Below are positions 30,754 through 39,003 of a stretch of 39,003 nucleotides of DNA, piece by piece. Positions within the stretch are counted from its first letter, which is position 1. Each line of letters begins with the position of its first letter. This DNA comes from a virus (Duplodnaviria; Heunggongvirae; Uroviricota; Caudoviricetes). The DNA is taken from IMG/VR virus record IMGVR_UViG_2563366825_000018. The stretch is one strand, 5' to 3'. The position numbers were made by a program, and so were the translations under genes. The notes under the pieces were generated by a model. The model worked only from the letters and a program-made list of their open reading frames with translations, was not told the DNA's origin and ran no database searches.

Positions 30754-31056
30754 ATGAGCGATAAGCAGACTGAAAAGACCATTCTACTGGATACCCCCAT
30801 CATGCGTGGTAAAACAGAAATTACCGAAATTGTGCTGCGTAAACCGCAGTCCGGTGCGCTGCGCGGTACACGCCTGCAGGCCATTATGGATATGGATGTG
30901 AACGCGATGATGACCGTGATCCCCCGCATCTCCAGCCCGGCGCTGACTGCACAGGAAATTGCAGAGATGGACCCGGCAGATCTCACTGCCATGTCGGTTG
31001 AGGTTGTCACTTTTTTGTTGAAGAAGTCGGTGCTTGCCGGTTTACCGACAGCCTGA
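30754..31056 (+). CDS. E: tail assembly chaperone E
   Basis: 100 aa at the P2 E position; contains slippery TTTTTTG near its 3' end. Confidence 0.85.
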   Translation: MSDKQTEKTILLDTPIMRGKTEITEIVLRKPQSGALRGTRLQAIMDMDVNAMMTVIPRISSPALTAQEIAEMDPADLTAMSVEVVTFLLKKSVLAGLPTA

Positions 31057-31190
31057 CGGTTGACGATCTGGTGGCAGATATCGCCACCATTTTTCACTGG
31101 CCGCCATCCGTTACTGACGTTATGCCGCTGACCGAAGTGCTGGAATGGCGGTATAAAGCGATTCAGAGAAGCGGGGCTAACGATGAGTGA
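30754..31190 (+). CDS. E': E+E' tail assembly chaperone produced by programmed -1 frameshift at TTTTTTG (31011-31017)
   Basis: Slippery heptamer seen; -1 frame stays open to TGA at 31188-31190, overlapping the T start; mirrors P2 E/E'. Confidence 0.65.
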
Positions 31191-34100
31191 TAATAACCTG
31201 CGCCTGCAGGTCATTCTTAATGCGGTTGACAAACTCACCCGCCCATTCCGTGCTGCACAGGCCAGTTCGAAAGAGCTGGCTGGCGCAATTCAGAATACCC
31301 GAAACAGCCTCAAAGAATTGAATAAGCAGGCTGGCAGAATTGATGAATTTCGCAAGACGCGCTCGCAACTAGCCATAACAGCCAACAACCTGAACGCAGC
31401 CCGCGAAGAGGCGGCAAAACTCGCCACACAATTTGCTGCCACTAACAGGCCAACCGCCGCGCAGGCAAAGTTATTCAGTCAGGCCAAAACACGAGTACAG
31501 GAACTTCAGCAGACCTATAACGGCTTGTTGGGGGCGGTCCAGAGACAACGTCAGGCACTTAAAGAATCAGGGATTGATACCAGACAACTCAGTAGTGCCC
31601 AGCGAGAACTTAAGAAAAATGCTGAAGAAACAAGGCAGGCACTGGAGGGCCAGCAAAAAGCACTTAAACGTCTGGGTGAGCAACAGGCACGGATGAACGC
31701 TGCCAGAGAACAATACTCAAGACGGCTTGAAGTGCGCGATCGCATCGCAGGAGCCGGAGCCACTACCACGGCTGCAGGGCTGGCAATGGGTGCGCCAGTG
31801 ATGGCGGCAGTAAAAAGCTATACCAGCATGGAAGATGCCATGAAAGGTGTGGCAAAGCAGGTCAATGGTCTGCGTGACGATAATGGCAACCGCACTGCAC
31901 GTTTTTATGAAATGCAGGATGCCATCAAGGCTGCCAGCGAACAGTTGCCGATGGAAAACGGTGCGGTGGACTTCGCTGCACTGGTTGAAGGTGGTGCGCG
32001 CATGAACGTCGCAAACCCTGACGACAGTTGGGAAGACCAGAAACGTGACCTGCTGGCCTTCGCCAGTACGGCAGCAAAGGCGGCAACAGCCTTTGAGCTG
32101 CCAGCGGATGAACTGTCAGAAAGTCTGGGGAAAATCGCCCAGCTCTACAAAATACCTACCCGCAATATTGAACAGCTCGGCGATGCGCTGAACTATCTGG
32201 ATGATAACGCCATGTCGAAAGGGGCGGACATCATTGATGTGATGCAACGTCTGGGCGGTGTGGCTGACCGTCTGGATTATCGTAAAGCGGCGGCACTGGG
32301 TTCCACCTTTCTGACACTGGGTGCTGCGCCGGAGGTTGCAGCCAGTGCAGCAAACGCGATGGTGCGTGAATTGTCCATTGCCACCATGCAAAGCAAGAGT
32401 TTCTTTGAAGGGATGAATCTGCTGAAACTCAATCCTGAAGTGATTGAAAAGCAGATGACGAAGGATGCGATGGGAACTATCCAGCGTGTGCTGGAGAAGG
32501 TGAACGCACTGCCGCAGGACAAGCGTCTGTCTGCCATGACCATGTTGTTTGGTAAAGAGTTTGGTGATGATGCAGCGAAACTGGCAAACAACCTTCCGGA
32601 ACTGCAGCGCCAGCTAAAACTGACAGCGGGCAATGATGCGCTCGGTTCCATGCAGAAAGAATCCGACATCAACAAAGACTCACTTTCCGCTCAGTGGTTG
32701 CTGGTCAAAACCGGAGCGCAGAACACCTTCAGCAGCCTGGGCGAAACGCTGCGCCAGCCGCTGATGGATATTCTGTATACGGTGAAAAGCATTACGGGGG
32801 CGTTGCGCCGCTGGGTGGAAGCTAACCCGGAACTGACAGGCACACTGATGAAAGTAGCGGCTGTTGTGGCTGCGGTTACCGTAGGCCTCGGCACCTTAGC
32901 GGTGGCGCTGGCTGCAGTGCTGGGGCCGCTGGCAGTGATCCGTCTGGGATTCTCTGTGCTGGGTATCAAAACGTTACCTTCCGTTACGGCAGCAGTAACT
33001 CGAACCAGCAACGCGTTGTCCTGGCTGGCTGGCGTTCCACTGGCACTGCTGCGACGCGGGCTTGCTTCATCGGGCAACGCCGCAGGTTTACTTACTGCGC
33101 CGTTGTCGTCTTTGCGCCGCACGGCATCACTGACGGGAAATGTCCTGAAAACTGTAGCAGGTGCGCCAGTTGCACTTTTGCGGTCTGGATTATCCGGTTT
33201 ACGTGCTGTTGCTGTGATGTTTATGAATCCTCTGGCGGTACTGCGCGGTGGACTGGCCGCCGCAGGCACGGTGCTGCGAGTACTGGCATCTGGTCCACTG
33301 GCGATGCTGCGCGTTGCCCTGTATGCCGTATCTGGTCTGTTAGGTGCTCTGCTCAGTCCGATAGGTCTTGTAGTTACTGCACTGGCGGGCGTGGCGCTGG
33401 TTGTCTGGAAATACTGGCAACCCATCACCGCATTTCTCGGTGGCGTGGTGGAAGGATTCAAAGCGGCGGCAGGTTCCGTCAGTGAAGCATTCGAACCGCT
33501 TAAGCCCGTGTTCCAGTGGATTGGCGACAAAGTACAGGCGCTGTGGGACTGGTTTACTGATCTGCTGACGCCCGTTAAGTCGACCTCTGCCGAACTGCAG
33601 AGTGCAGCGGCAATGGGGCGACGATTCGGGGAGGCACTGGCGGAAGGGCTGAATATGGTCATGCATCCGCTGGACTCCCTGAAATCCGGCGTTTCCTGGT
33701 TGCTTGATAAACTCGGCATTGTCAGTAAAGAGGCTGCAAAGGCGAAACTGCCGGAAAGCGTGACGCGTCAGCAACCTGCGACGGTGAATGCAGACGGTAA
33801 AGTGATGATGCCATCGGGTGGTTTTCCGTCATGGGGATATGGCTTTGCGGGGATGTATGACAGCGGCGGCTATATCCCGCGCGGGCAGTTCGGCATTGTC
33901 GGTGAAAACGGGCCTGAAATTGTCAACGGTCCGGCAAACGTGACCAGCCGGAGAAATACAGCTGCACTGGCTGCGGTTGTCGCCGGAATGATGGGCGTTG
34001 CTGCCGCGCCAGCAGAGCTTCCACCGTTGCATCCTTTGGCGCTTCCCGCGAAAGGCGGCGAAGCGATGGTGAGTCGCGCAGCTACAGTGCCGCCCGTTCA

Positions 34101-34260
34101 CCGGATTGAGGCACCGACGCAGATCATCATCCAGACGCAGCCAAGACAAAGTGCGCAGGATATTGCGCGGGAGGTGGCACGCCAGCTTGATGAACGTGAA
34201 CGCAGGCTGAAGGCAAAAGCCAGGAGTAACTACAGCGATCAGGGGGGATACGACGCATGA
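31183..34260 (+). CDS. T: tail tape measure protein T
   Basis: 1025 aa, Ala/Leu-rich with helical repeats, between E and U. Confidence 0.92.
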   Translation: MSDNNLRLQVILNAVDKLTRPFRAAQASSKELAGAIQNTRNSLKELNKQAGRIDEFRKTRSQLAITANNLNAAREEAAKLATQFAATNRPTAAQAKLFSQAKTRVQELQQTYNGLLGAVQRQRQALKESGIDTRQLSSAQRELKKNAEETRQALEGQQKALKRLGEQQARMNAAREQYSRRLEVRDRIAGAGATTTAAGLAMGAPVMAAVKSYTSMEDAMKGVAKQVNGLRDDNGNRTARFYEMQDAIKAASEQLPMENGAVDFAALVEGGARMNVANPDDSWEDQKRDLLAFASTAAKAATAFELPADELSESLGKIAQLYKIPTRNIEQLGDALNYLDDNAMSKGADIIDVMQRLGGVADRLDYRKAAALGSTFLTLGAAPEVAASAANAMVRELSIATMQSKSFFEGMNLLKLNPEVIEKQMTKDAMGTIQRVLEKVNALPQDKRLSAMTMLFGKEFGDDAAKLANNLPELQRQLKLTAGNDALGSMQKESDINKDSLSAQWLLVKTGAQNTFSSLGETLRQPLMDILYTVKSITGALRRWVEANPELTGTLMKVAAVVAAVTVGLGTLAVALAAVLGPLAVIRLGFSVLGIKTLPSVTAAVTRTSNALSWLAGVPLALLRRGLASSGNAAGLLTAPLSSLRRTASLTGNVLKTVAGAPVALLRSGLSGLRAVAVMFMNPLAVLRGGLAAAGTVLRVLASGPLAMLRVALYAVSGLLGALLSPIGLVVTALAGVALVVWKYWQPITAFLGGVVEGFKAAAGSVSEAFEPLKPVFQWIGDKVQALWDWFTDLLTPVKSTSAELQSAAAMGRRFGEALAEGLNMVMHPLDSLKSGVSWLLDKLGIVSKEAAKAKLPESVTRQQPATVNADGKVMMPSGGFPSWGYGFAGMYDSGGYIPRGQFGIVGENGPEIVNGPANVTSRRNTAALAAVVAGMMGVAAAPAELPPLHPLALPAKGGEAMVSRAATVPPVHRIEAPTQIIIQTQPRQSAQDIAREVARQLDERERRLKAKARSNYSDQGGYDA

Positions 34261-34742
34261 TGATGGTGCTGGGATTGTACGTGTTTATGCTGCGCACCGT
34301 GCCGTATCAGGTGCTGCAGTATCAACGCAGCTGGCGACATGCGGCAAACAGCCGGGTAAACCGACGTCCGTCCACGCAGTTTCTGGGACCGGACAACGAC
34401 ATGCTGACGCTTTCCGGTGTTCTTATGCCGGAGATAACAGGTGGCAGGCTGTCGTTGCTGGCACTGGAGCAGATGGCAGAACAGGGGAAAGCATGGCCCC
34501 TGATTGAAGGCAGCGGCACGATTTATGGCATGTATGTGATTGAGGGACTGAATCAGACTAAAACGGAGTTTTTCCGCGACGGTATGCCGCGCCGGATTGA
34601 ATTCACCCTGTCGCTCAAACGGGTGGATGAATCCCTGTCCGATATGTTCGGTGATCTCAGTGTGCAACTGAATAATCTGCAGGAAACGGCAACATCTGCC
34701 TTAAGCGATATAAGTAAAACGGTGGGAGGGCTGCTGTCGTGA
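34257..34742 (+). CDS. U: tail protein U
   Basis: 161 aa; P2 U-like. Confidence 0.88.
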   Translation: MMMVLGLYVFMLRTVPYQVLQYQRSWRHAANSRVNRRPSTQFLGPDNDMLTLSGVLMPEITGGRLSLLALEQMAEQGKAWPLIEGSGTIYGMYVIEGLNQTKTEFFRDGMPRRIEFTLSLKRVDESLSDMFGDLSVQLNNLQETATSALSDISKTVGGLLS

Positions 34743-35839
34743 ATTTCAGCTCTGAGCTGCTTAACAAAGGCAACAAAACTCCGGCATTCAGCATCAGTAT
34801 TGAGGGCAGGGATATCACCACTGTGCTGGATAACCGCCTGATGAGTCTGACGCTGACGGACAATCGGGGCTTTGAGGCAGACCAGCTTGATCTGGAGCTG
34901 GACGACGCTGACGGAAAAATCGTGCTGCCGCGCCGTGGTGCGGTCATTACGCTGGCGCTGGGCTGGAAGGGGCAGCCGCTTTTCCCTAAAGGGGCATTCA
35001 CGGTGGACGAGATTGAACACACTGGCGCACCGGACCGCCTGACTATCCGGGCGCGAAGTGCTGATTTTCGGGAAACGCTGAATACCCGTCGTGAAAAGTC
35101 GTGGCACAAGACCACCGTCGGGGAAGTGGTGAAGGAAATAGCCGCGCGGCACAAGCTGAAGGTGGCACTGGGTAAAGACCTGTCGGATAAGCCCGTGGAA
35201 CATATAGACCAGACCAATGAGAGTGACGGCAGTTTTCTGATGCGGCTGGCGCGCCAGTACGGTGCTATTGCGTCGGTGAAAAATGGCAATCTGTTATTCA
35301 TCCGGCAGGGACAGGGCAAAAGCGCCAGCGGTAAACCTCTGCCGGTGATCACTATCACACGCAAGGACGGCGACAGTCACCGCTTTACCCTGGCAGATCG
35401 CGGAGCCTATACGGGCGTAATTGCCAGTTGGTTGCATACCCGCGAACCCGCGAAGAAAGAAAGCACCACGGTGAAGCGTAAGCGCAGAACTAAGAAGCAG
35501 AAGAAAGAGCCAGAAGCGAAGCAGGGCGATTACCTGGTGGGTACGGATGAAAACGTGCTGGTACTTAATCGCACTTATGCCAACCGGAGCAACGCCGAAC
35601 GAGCGGCGAAAATGCAGTGGGAACGCCTGCAACGCGGCGTTGCGTCATTCTCGTTACAACTGGCAGAAGGGCGGGCAGATCTCTACACGGAAATGCCAGT
35701 GAAAGTCAGTGGCTTTAAACAGCCGATAGATGATGCGGAATGGACTATTACCACCCTGACGCATACTGTCAGCCCGGATAACGGTTTTACGACCAGTCTG
35801 GAGCTTGAAGTGAGGATTGATGATTTCGAAATGGAGTGA
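34739..35839 (+). CDS. D: tail protein D (late control gene D)
   Basis: 366 aa; P2 D-like. Confidence 0.9.
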   Translation: MNFSSELLNKGNKTPAFSISIEGRDITTVLDNRLMSLTLTDNRGFEADQLDLELDDADGKIVLPRRGAVITLALGWKGQPLFPKGAFTVDEIEHTGAPDRLTIRARSADFRETLNTRREKSWHKTTVGEVVKEIAARHKLKVALGKDLSDKPVEHIDQTNESDGSFLMRLARQYGAIASVKNGNLLFIRQGQGKSASGKPLPVITITRKDGDSHRFTLADRGAYTGVIASWLHTREPAKKESTTVKRKRRTKKQKKEPEAKQGDYLVGTDENVLVLNRTYANRSNAERAAKMQWERLQRGVASFSLQLAEGRADLYTEMPVKVSGFKQPIDDAEWTITTLTHTVSPDNGFTTSLELEVRIDDFEME

Positions 35840-35929
35840 TTCTTCGCAATGGAGAACTTTTAAGTTTGCAAAATGGAATAATACGGTATCATTATTGTGA
35901 ATTTAGCAAAAATGGGGAGAACTCGAAAA

Positions 35930-36148
35930 ATGATGATTTGCCCACTGTGTGGAAGTGCTGCCCATACTCGCAGCAGTTTTCAGGTATCTTCATTGACCAA
36001 AGAGCGTTACAACCAGTGCCAGAACATTAACTGCAGCCACACTTTTGTTACCCATGAAACTTTTGTTCGTTCGATTGCAACGCCAAAAGAGTCAAATCCG
36101 GTTCAGCCGCATCCAATGAAATCAGGACAGGTGGCGCTCTCTCTTTGA
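35930..36148 (+). CDS. ogr: Ogr/Delta-type zinc-finger late-gene activator
   Basis: CPLCGSAAHTRSS...YNQCQNINCSHTF resembles P2 Ogr; start at the internal ATG pair of track ORF 35897-36148; att core follows the stop. Confidence 0.85.
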   Translation: MMICPLCGSAAHTRSSFQVSSLTKERYNQCQNINCSHTFVTHETFVRSIATPKESNPVQPHPMKSGQVALSL

Positions 36149-36170
36149 CGCTGCCGCCATTTTGTCGCCA
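36149..36170. repeat. right att core copy (attR)
   Basis: cgctgccgccattttgtcgcca; direct repeat of 19-40. Confidence 0.6.
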
Positions 36171-36224
36171 TCATTAAAAAGCAATGCTTCTAACATCATG
36201 ATTTTAAACGGCATAAAAATCAGG

Positions 36225-36271
36225 CAACAAAAAACCCATCAACCTTGAACCGAAATGGCGGGGTTGATGGG
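36225..36271 (-). terminator. rho-independent terminator downstream of ybjL
   Basis: 10-bp stem cccatcaacc/ggttgatggg with T-run on the minus strand (plus strand caacaaaaaa). Confidence 0.55.
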
Positions 36272-36383
36272 CTCCACAAAATGGGGACATCAAAGAAAAG
36301 CAGTGGCACTAATTAAGACTGATGCCCTGCGGAAAAGTTCTGCGGTTGTGCAAAAAAATTTCATTTTCAGGGCAACTTCAGTT

Positions 36384-38069
36384 TTATCCTAATCCTGGCC
36401 ATACCATGACGATGATTGTCCCTGCCAGCGTCAGCAGGACGTTGGCGATTGCATAGGTGCCCGCATAGCCCAGCGCCGGGATGTTACTGCGAGCTGTATC
36501 ACTGATGATCTCCATTGCCGGCGCGCAGGTACGTGCGCCCATCATTGCGCCGAACAACAGCGCGCGGTTCATTCGCAATACATAAGCACCGAACAAGAAA
36601 CAGATAACCACGGGCACCAGACTGACAATCAATCCGGCAATCAACATCTGACCGCCAATCGCGCCCAGGCCGTTATTAATACCGCTACCGGCGCTCAGAC
36701 CAACGCCTGCCATAAACACCATCAAGCCGAACTCTTTCACCATGCTTAATGCACCCTGCGGAATGTAACCGAAGGTCGGGTGGTTAGCACGCATAAAGCC
36801 CAGCATAATTCCGGCGAATAACAACCCGGCAGCGTTCCCCATGCCGAAACTGAATGTGCTGAACTGGAAGGTGATCATCCCGATCATCAGCCCAATAACA
36901 AAGAAGGCGCAGAATGCCAGCAGGTCAGTGACCTGGCTGTGAATCGAGATAAAGCCGATGCGATCGGCGATGGTTTTTACGCGGCGGGCATCGCCGCTGA
37001 CTTGTAAAACGTCACCTTTGTTAAGCACGACGTTGTCATCTATCGGCATCTCAATCTGGCTACGAATGACGCGGTTAAGGAAGCAACCGTGATCGGTCAA
37101 CTTCAGTTGTGCGAGACGTTTACCTACAGCGTTATGGTTTTTAACGACCACTTCTTCAGTGACGATACGCATGTCGAGAAGGTCACGATCGAAAACTTCT
37201 TTACCGTTACGGAAGCTGGGATCGAGTCGGGCATGGGCGTCGGGATAGCCTACCAACGCTATTTCATCGCCCATTTGTAGCACGGCATCACCGTCTGGAT
37301 TTGCCAGAATCCCGTTACGTCGAATACGTTCAATGTAGCAGCCGGTTTGTCGATAAATACCCAGTTCACGCAGATTTTTGCCGTCGGTCCAGGCCACCAG
37401 TTCCGGGCCGACGCGATAGGCGCGGATCACCGGTAAATAAACCTTACGGTTGGCATCAGTGTCCAGGCCACGTTCGCGGGCGATTTGCTGGGCGCTGGTC
37501 TGTAAGTCCTGATGCTGCAATTTCGGCAAGTAACGCGCACCAACAATCAAACTCACCAGACCGATTAAATAGGTTAAGGCATACCCGAGGCTCAGATTAT
37601 CCAGTGCCAGTGAGAGCTGCCTGCTTTCCATGCCGGAATGACGCAGTGTATCGCCAGCACCGACCAGAACCGGTGTCGACGTCATAGAGCCTGCTAACAT
37701 ACCGGCCGTCAGGCCAATATCCCAGCCAAACAGCTTACCTAACCCTAAGGCGATCACCAGCGCACTGCCAACCATCACCAGTGCTAACATTAGGTAATTT
37801 TTCCCATCGCGAAAAAAAATGGAAAAAAAGTTCGGTCCGGCTTCGACCCCGACGCAGAAAATAAACAGCATAAAGCCAAGATTAAGCGCATCGGTGTTAA
37901 TGCTGAAATGTTGTTGGCCTAATAACAGCGATACGACTAAAACGCCAATGGAATTACCCAGTTGGATCGAACCAAGTCGTAACTTTCCGAGACATAGCCC
38001 AAGCGCGAGGACCACAAATAATAACAGAATGTAATTCCCATTTAACAATTCGGCGACGTTTATATTCAC
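36384..38069 (-). CDS. ybjL: putative AAE-family transporter YbjL (host chromosome)
   Basis: 561-aa polytopic membrane protein; N-terminus [33 protein letters not shown] recognised as E. coli YbjL. Confidence 0.85.
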
Positions 38070-38338
38070 GGAGGCTAACTTCTTGTTTACTAGTAAGCTG
38101 TTGAAAGAAATGGTAATTTACGATAATGTTTTTTACCAGAATTCAGGGCGCAGATTCATTCAGCGCACCTAAACGATAGTAAAGTAACAATATATTTTAC
38201 TAGTGTAATCACATTAGGTATCAACGGCTATATGAATTGCGTTGGCCTATATTAGCATGGAATGCGAAGCGGCTTTATCTTACTGAACGCCACACTGGCG
38301 AAAAATGTGTTCGATAGACGCAGTGTCAGGAGGAACGA

Positions 38339-38716
38339 GTGAAACATAAACAACGTTGGGCGGGGGCAATCTGCTGTTTTGTCCTCTTCATTGTGGTGTG
38401 CCTTTTTCTGGCGACGCACATGAAAGGCGCTTTTCGGGCTGCCGGGCATCCTGAAATCGGCTTGCTATTTTTCATTCTTCCTGGAGCAGTCGCCAGCTTC
38501 TTTTCACAGCGTAGAGAAGTCCTGAAACCTCTGTTTGGCGCAATGCTGGCGGCACCCTGTTCGATGCTCATTATGCGGCTGTTTTTTTCACCGACGCGCT
38601 CATTCTGGCAAGAGCTGGCATGGTTACTAAGCGCGGTGTTCTGGTGTGCGCTGGGGGCACTGTGTTTCTTATTTATCAGTAGTTTGTTTAAACCACAGCA
38701 CAGAAAAAATCAGTAA
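38339..38716 (+). CDS. ybjM: inner membrane protein YbjM (host)
   Basis: 125 aa, four predicted TM helices; matches my recollection of E. coli YbjM and its K-12 position between ybjL and grxA. Confidence 0.75.
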   Translation: MKHKQRWAGAICCFVLFIVVCLFLATHMKGAFRAAGHPEIGLLFFILPGAVASFFSQRREVLKPLFGAMLAAPCSMLIMRLFFSPTRSFWQELAWLLSAVFWCALGALCFLFISSLFKPQHRKNQ

Positions 38717-38735
38717 AGCCCTCAACGCGAGGGCT
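38717..38735. terminator. hairpin between convergent ybjM and grxA (possible terminator)
   Basis: agccctc aacgc gagggct directly after the ybjM stop; weak T-tract. Confidence 0.35.
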
Positions 38736-38745
38736 TGTCAGACGA

Positions 38746-39003
38746 TCAGGCGTCCAGATTTTCTTTCACCCATGCAGCAAAATCGGTATAGCCGCCGATA
38801 TGTTGCTGATCGACAAAAATCTGCGGCACGGTTTCTACGGGTTTACCTGCCTTTTGTTGTAGATCTTCTTTAGTGATCCCTTCCGCACGAATATCTACAT
38901 ACTGATACTGAAAATCATCGCGTTCATTGCTCAATTTCTCAGCCAGATCTTTTGCACGCACACAGTAAGGGCAACCCGAACGACCAAAAATAACGGTTTG
39001 CAT
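38746..39003 (-). CDS. grxA: glutaredoxin 1
   Basis: 85 aa; CPYC active site; essentially identical to my recollection of E. coli GrxA; start codon at the window edge. Confidence 0.92.
   Translation of the reverse strand: MQTVIFGRSGCPYCVRAKDLAEKLSNERDDFQYQYVDIRAEGITKEDLQQKAGKPVETVPQIFVDQQHIGGYTDFAAWVKENLDA

Noticed and set aside
30615-31238. 207-aa minus-strand ORF across E/E' and the start of T
   Set aside because: Antisense to the conserved chaperone/tape-measure junction; no independent support.
32691-33719. 342-aa minus-strand ORF inside the tape measure gene
   Set aside because: Antisense to a well-supported long CDS in GC-rich DNA; Ala/Ser/Pro/Arg-rich low-complexity translation typical of spurious antisense ORFs.
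34657-35364. 235-aa and 216-aa minus-strand ORFs overlapping genes U and D
   Set aside because: Antisense to conserved tail genes; Ser/Arg-rich junk-like translation.

Overview
The window holds a complete P2/186-family temperate prophage (about 36.1 kb, positions 1 to ~36170) followed by about 2.8 kb of Escherichia-type chromosome (ybjL, ybjM, grxA). The prophage is bounded by a 22-bp imperfect direct repeat (19-40 and 36149-36170), taken as the att core. Gene order follows the 186/P2 prophage map: int, 186-like cI, apl, cII, small early genes, TraR-like, Dam methylase, replication protein A, a LexA-box-controlled tum/DinI-like module, a cos-like site, then Q-P / O-N-M-L-X-lysis-R-S-V-W-J-I-H-G-FI-FII-E/E'-T-U-D-ogr. 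Accessory cargo sits at four places: (1) a DUF4041/T5orf172 membrane-anchored coiled-coil gene between cI and int; (2) an unassigned AT-rich two-gene minus-strand operon between the tum/DinI module and cos; (3) a retron next to cos, with an a1/a2-flanked msr-msd candidate and a 586-aa RT-TOPRIM fusion that I recognise as retron Ec67-like (retronphage phiR67-like); (4) a DUF2971-like gene inserted antisense between tail genes S and V. The tail-fibre region carries a Mu G / e14 Pin-type invertible host-range segment with a Pin-like invertase. The capsid scaffold gene O is split by an apparent 1-nt homopolymer frameshift. All calls rest on reading the ORF translations and the sequence by eye; no searches were run, so family names are recollection-based. 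My coordinates for sites that are not ORF ends may be off by a base or two, because one stretch of text did not reconcile exactly with the ORF track.
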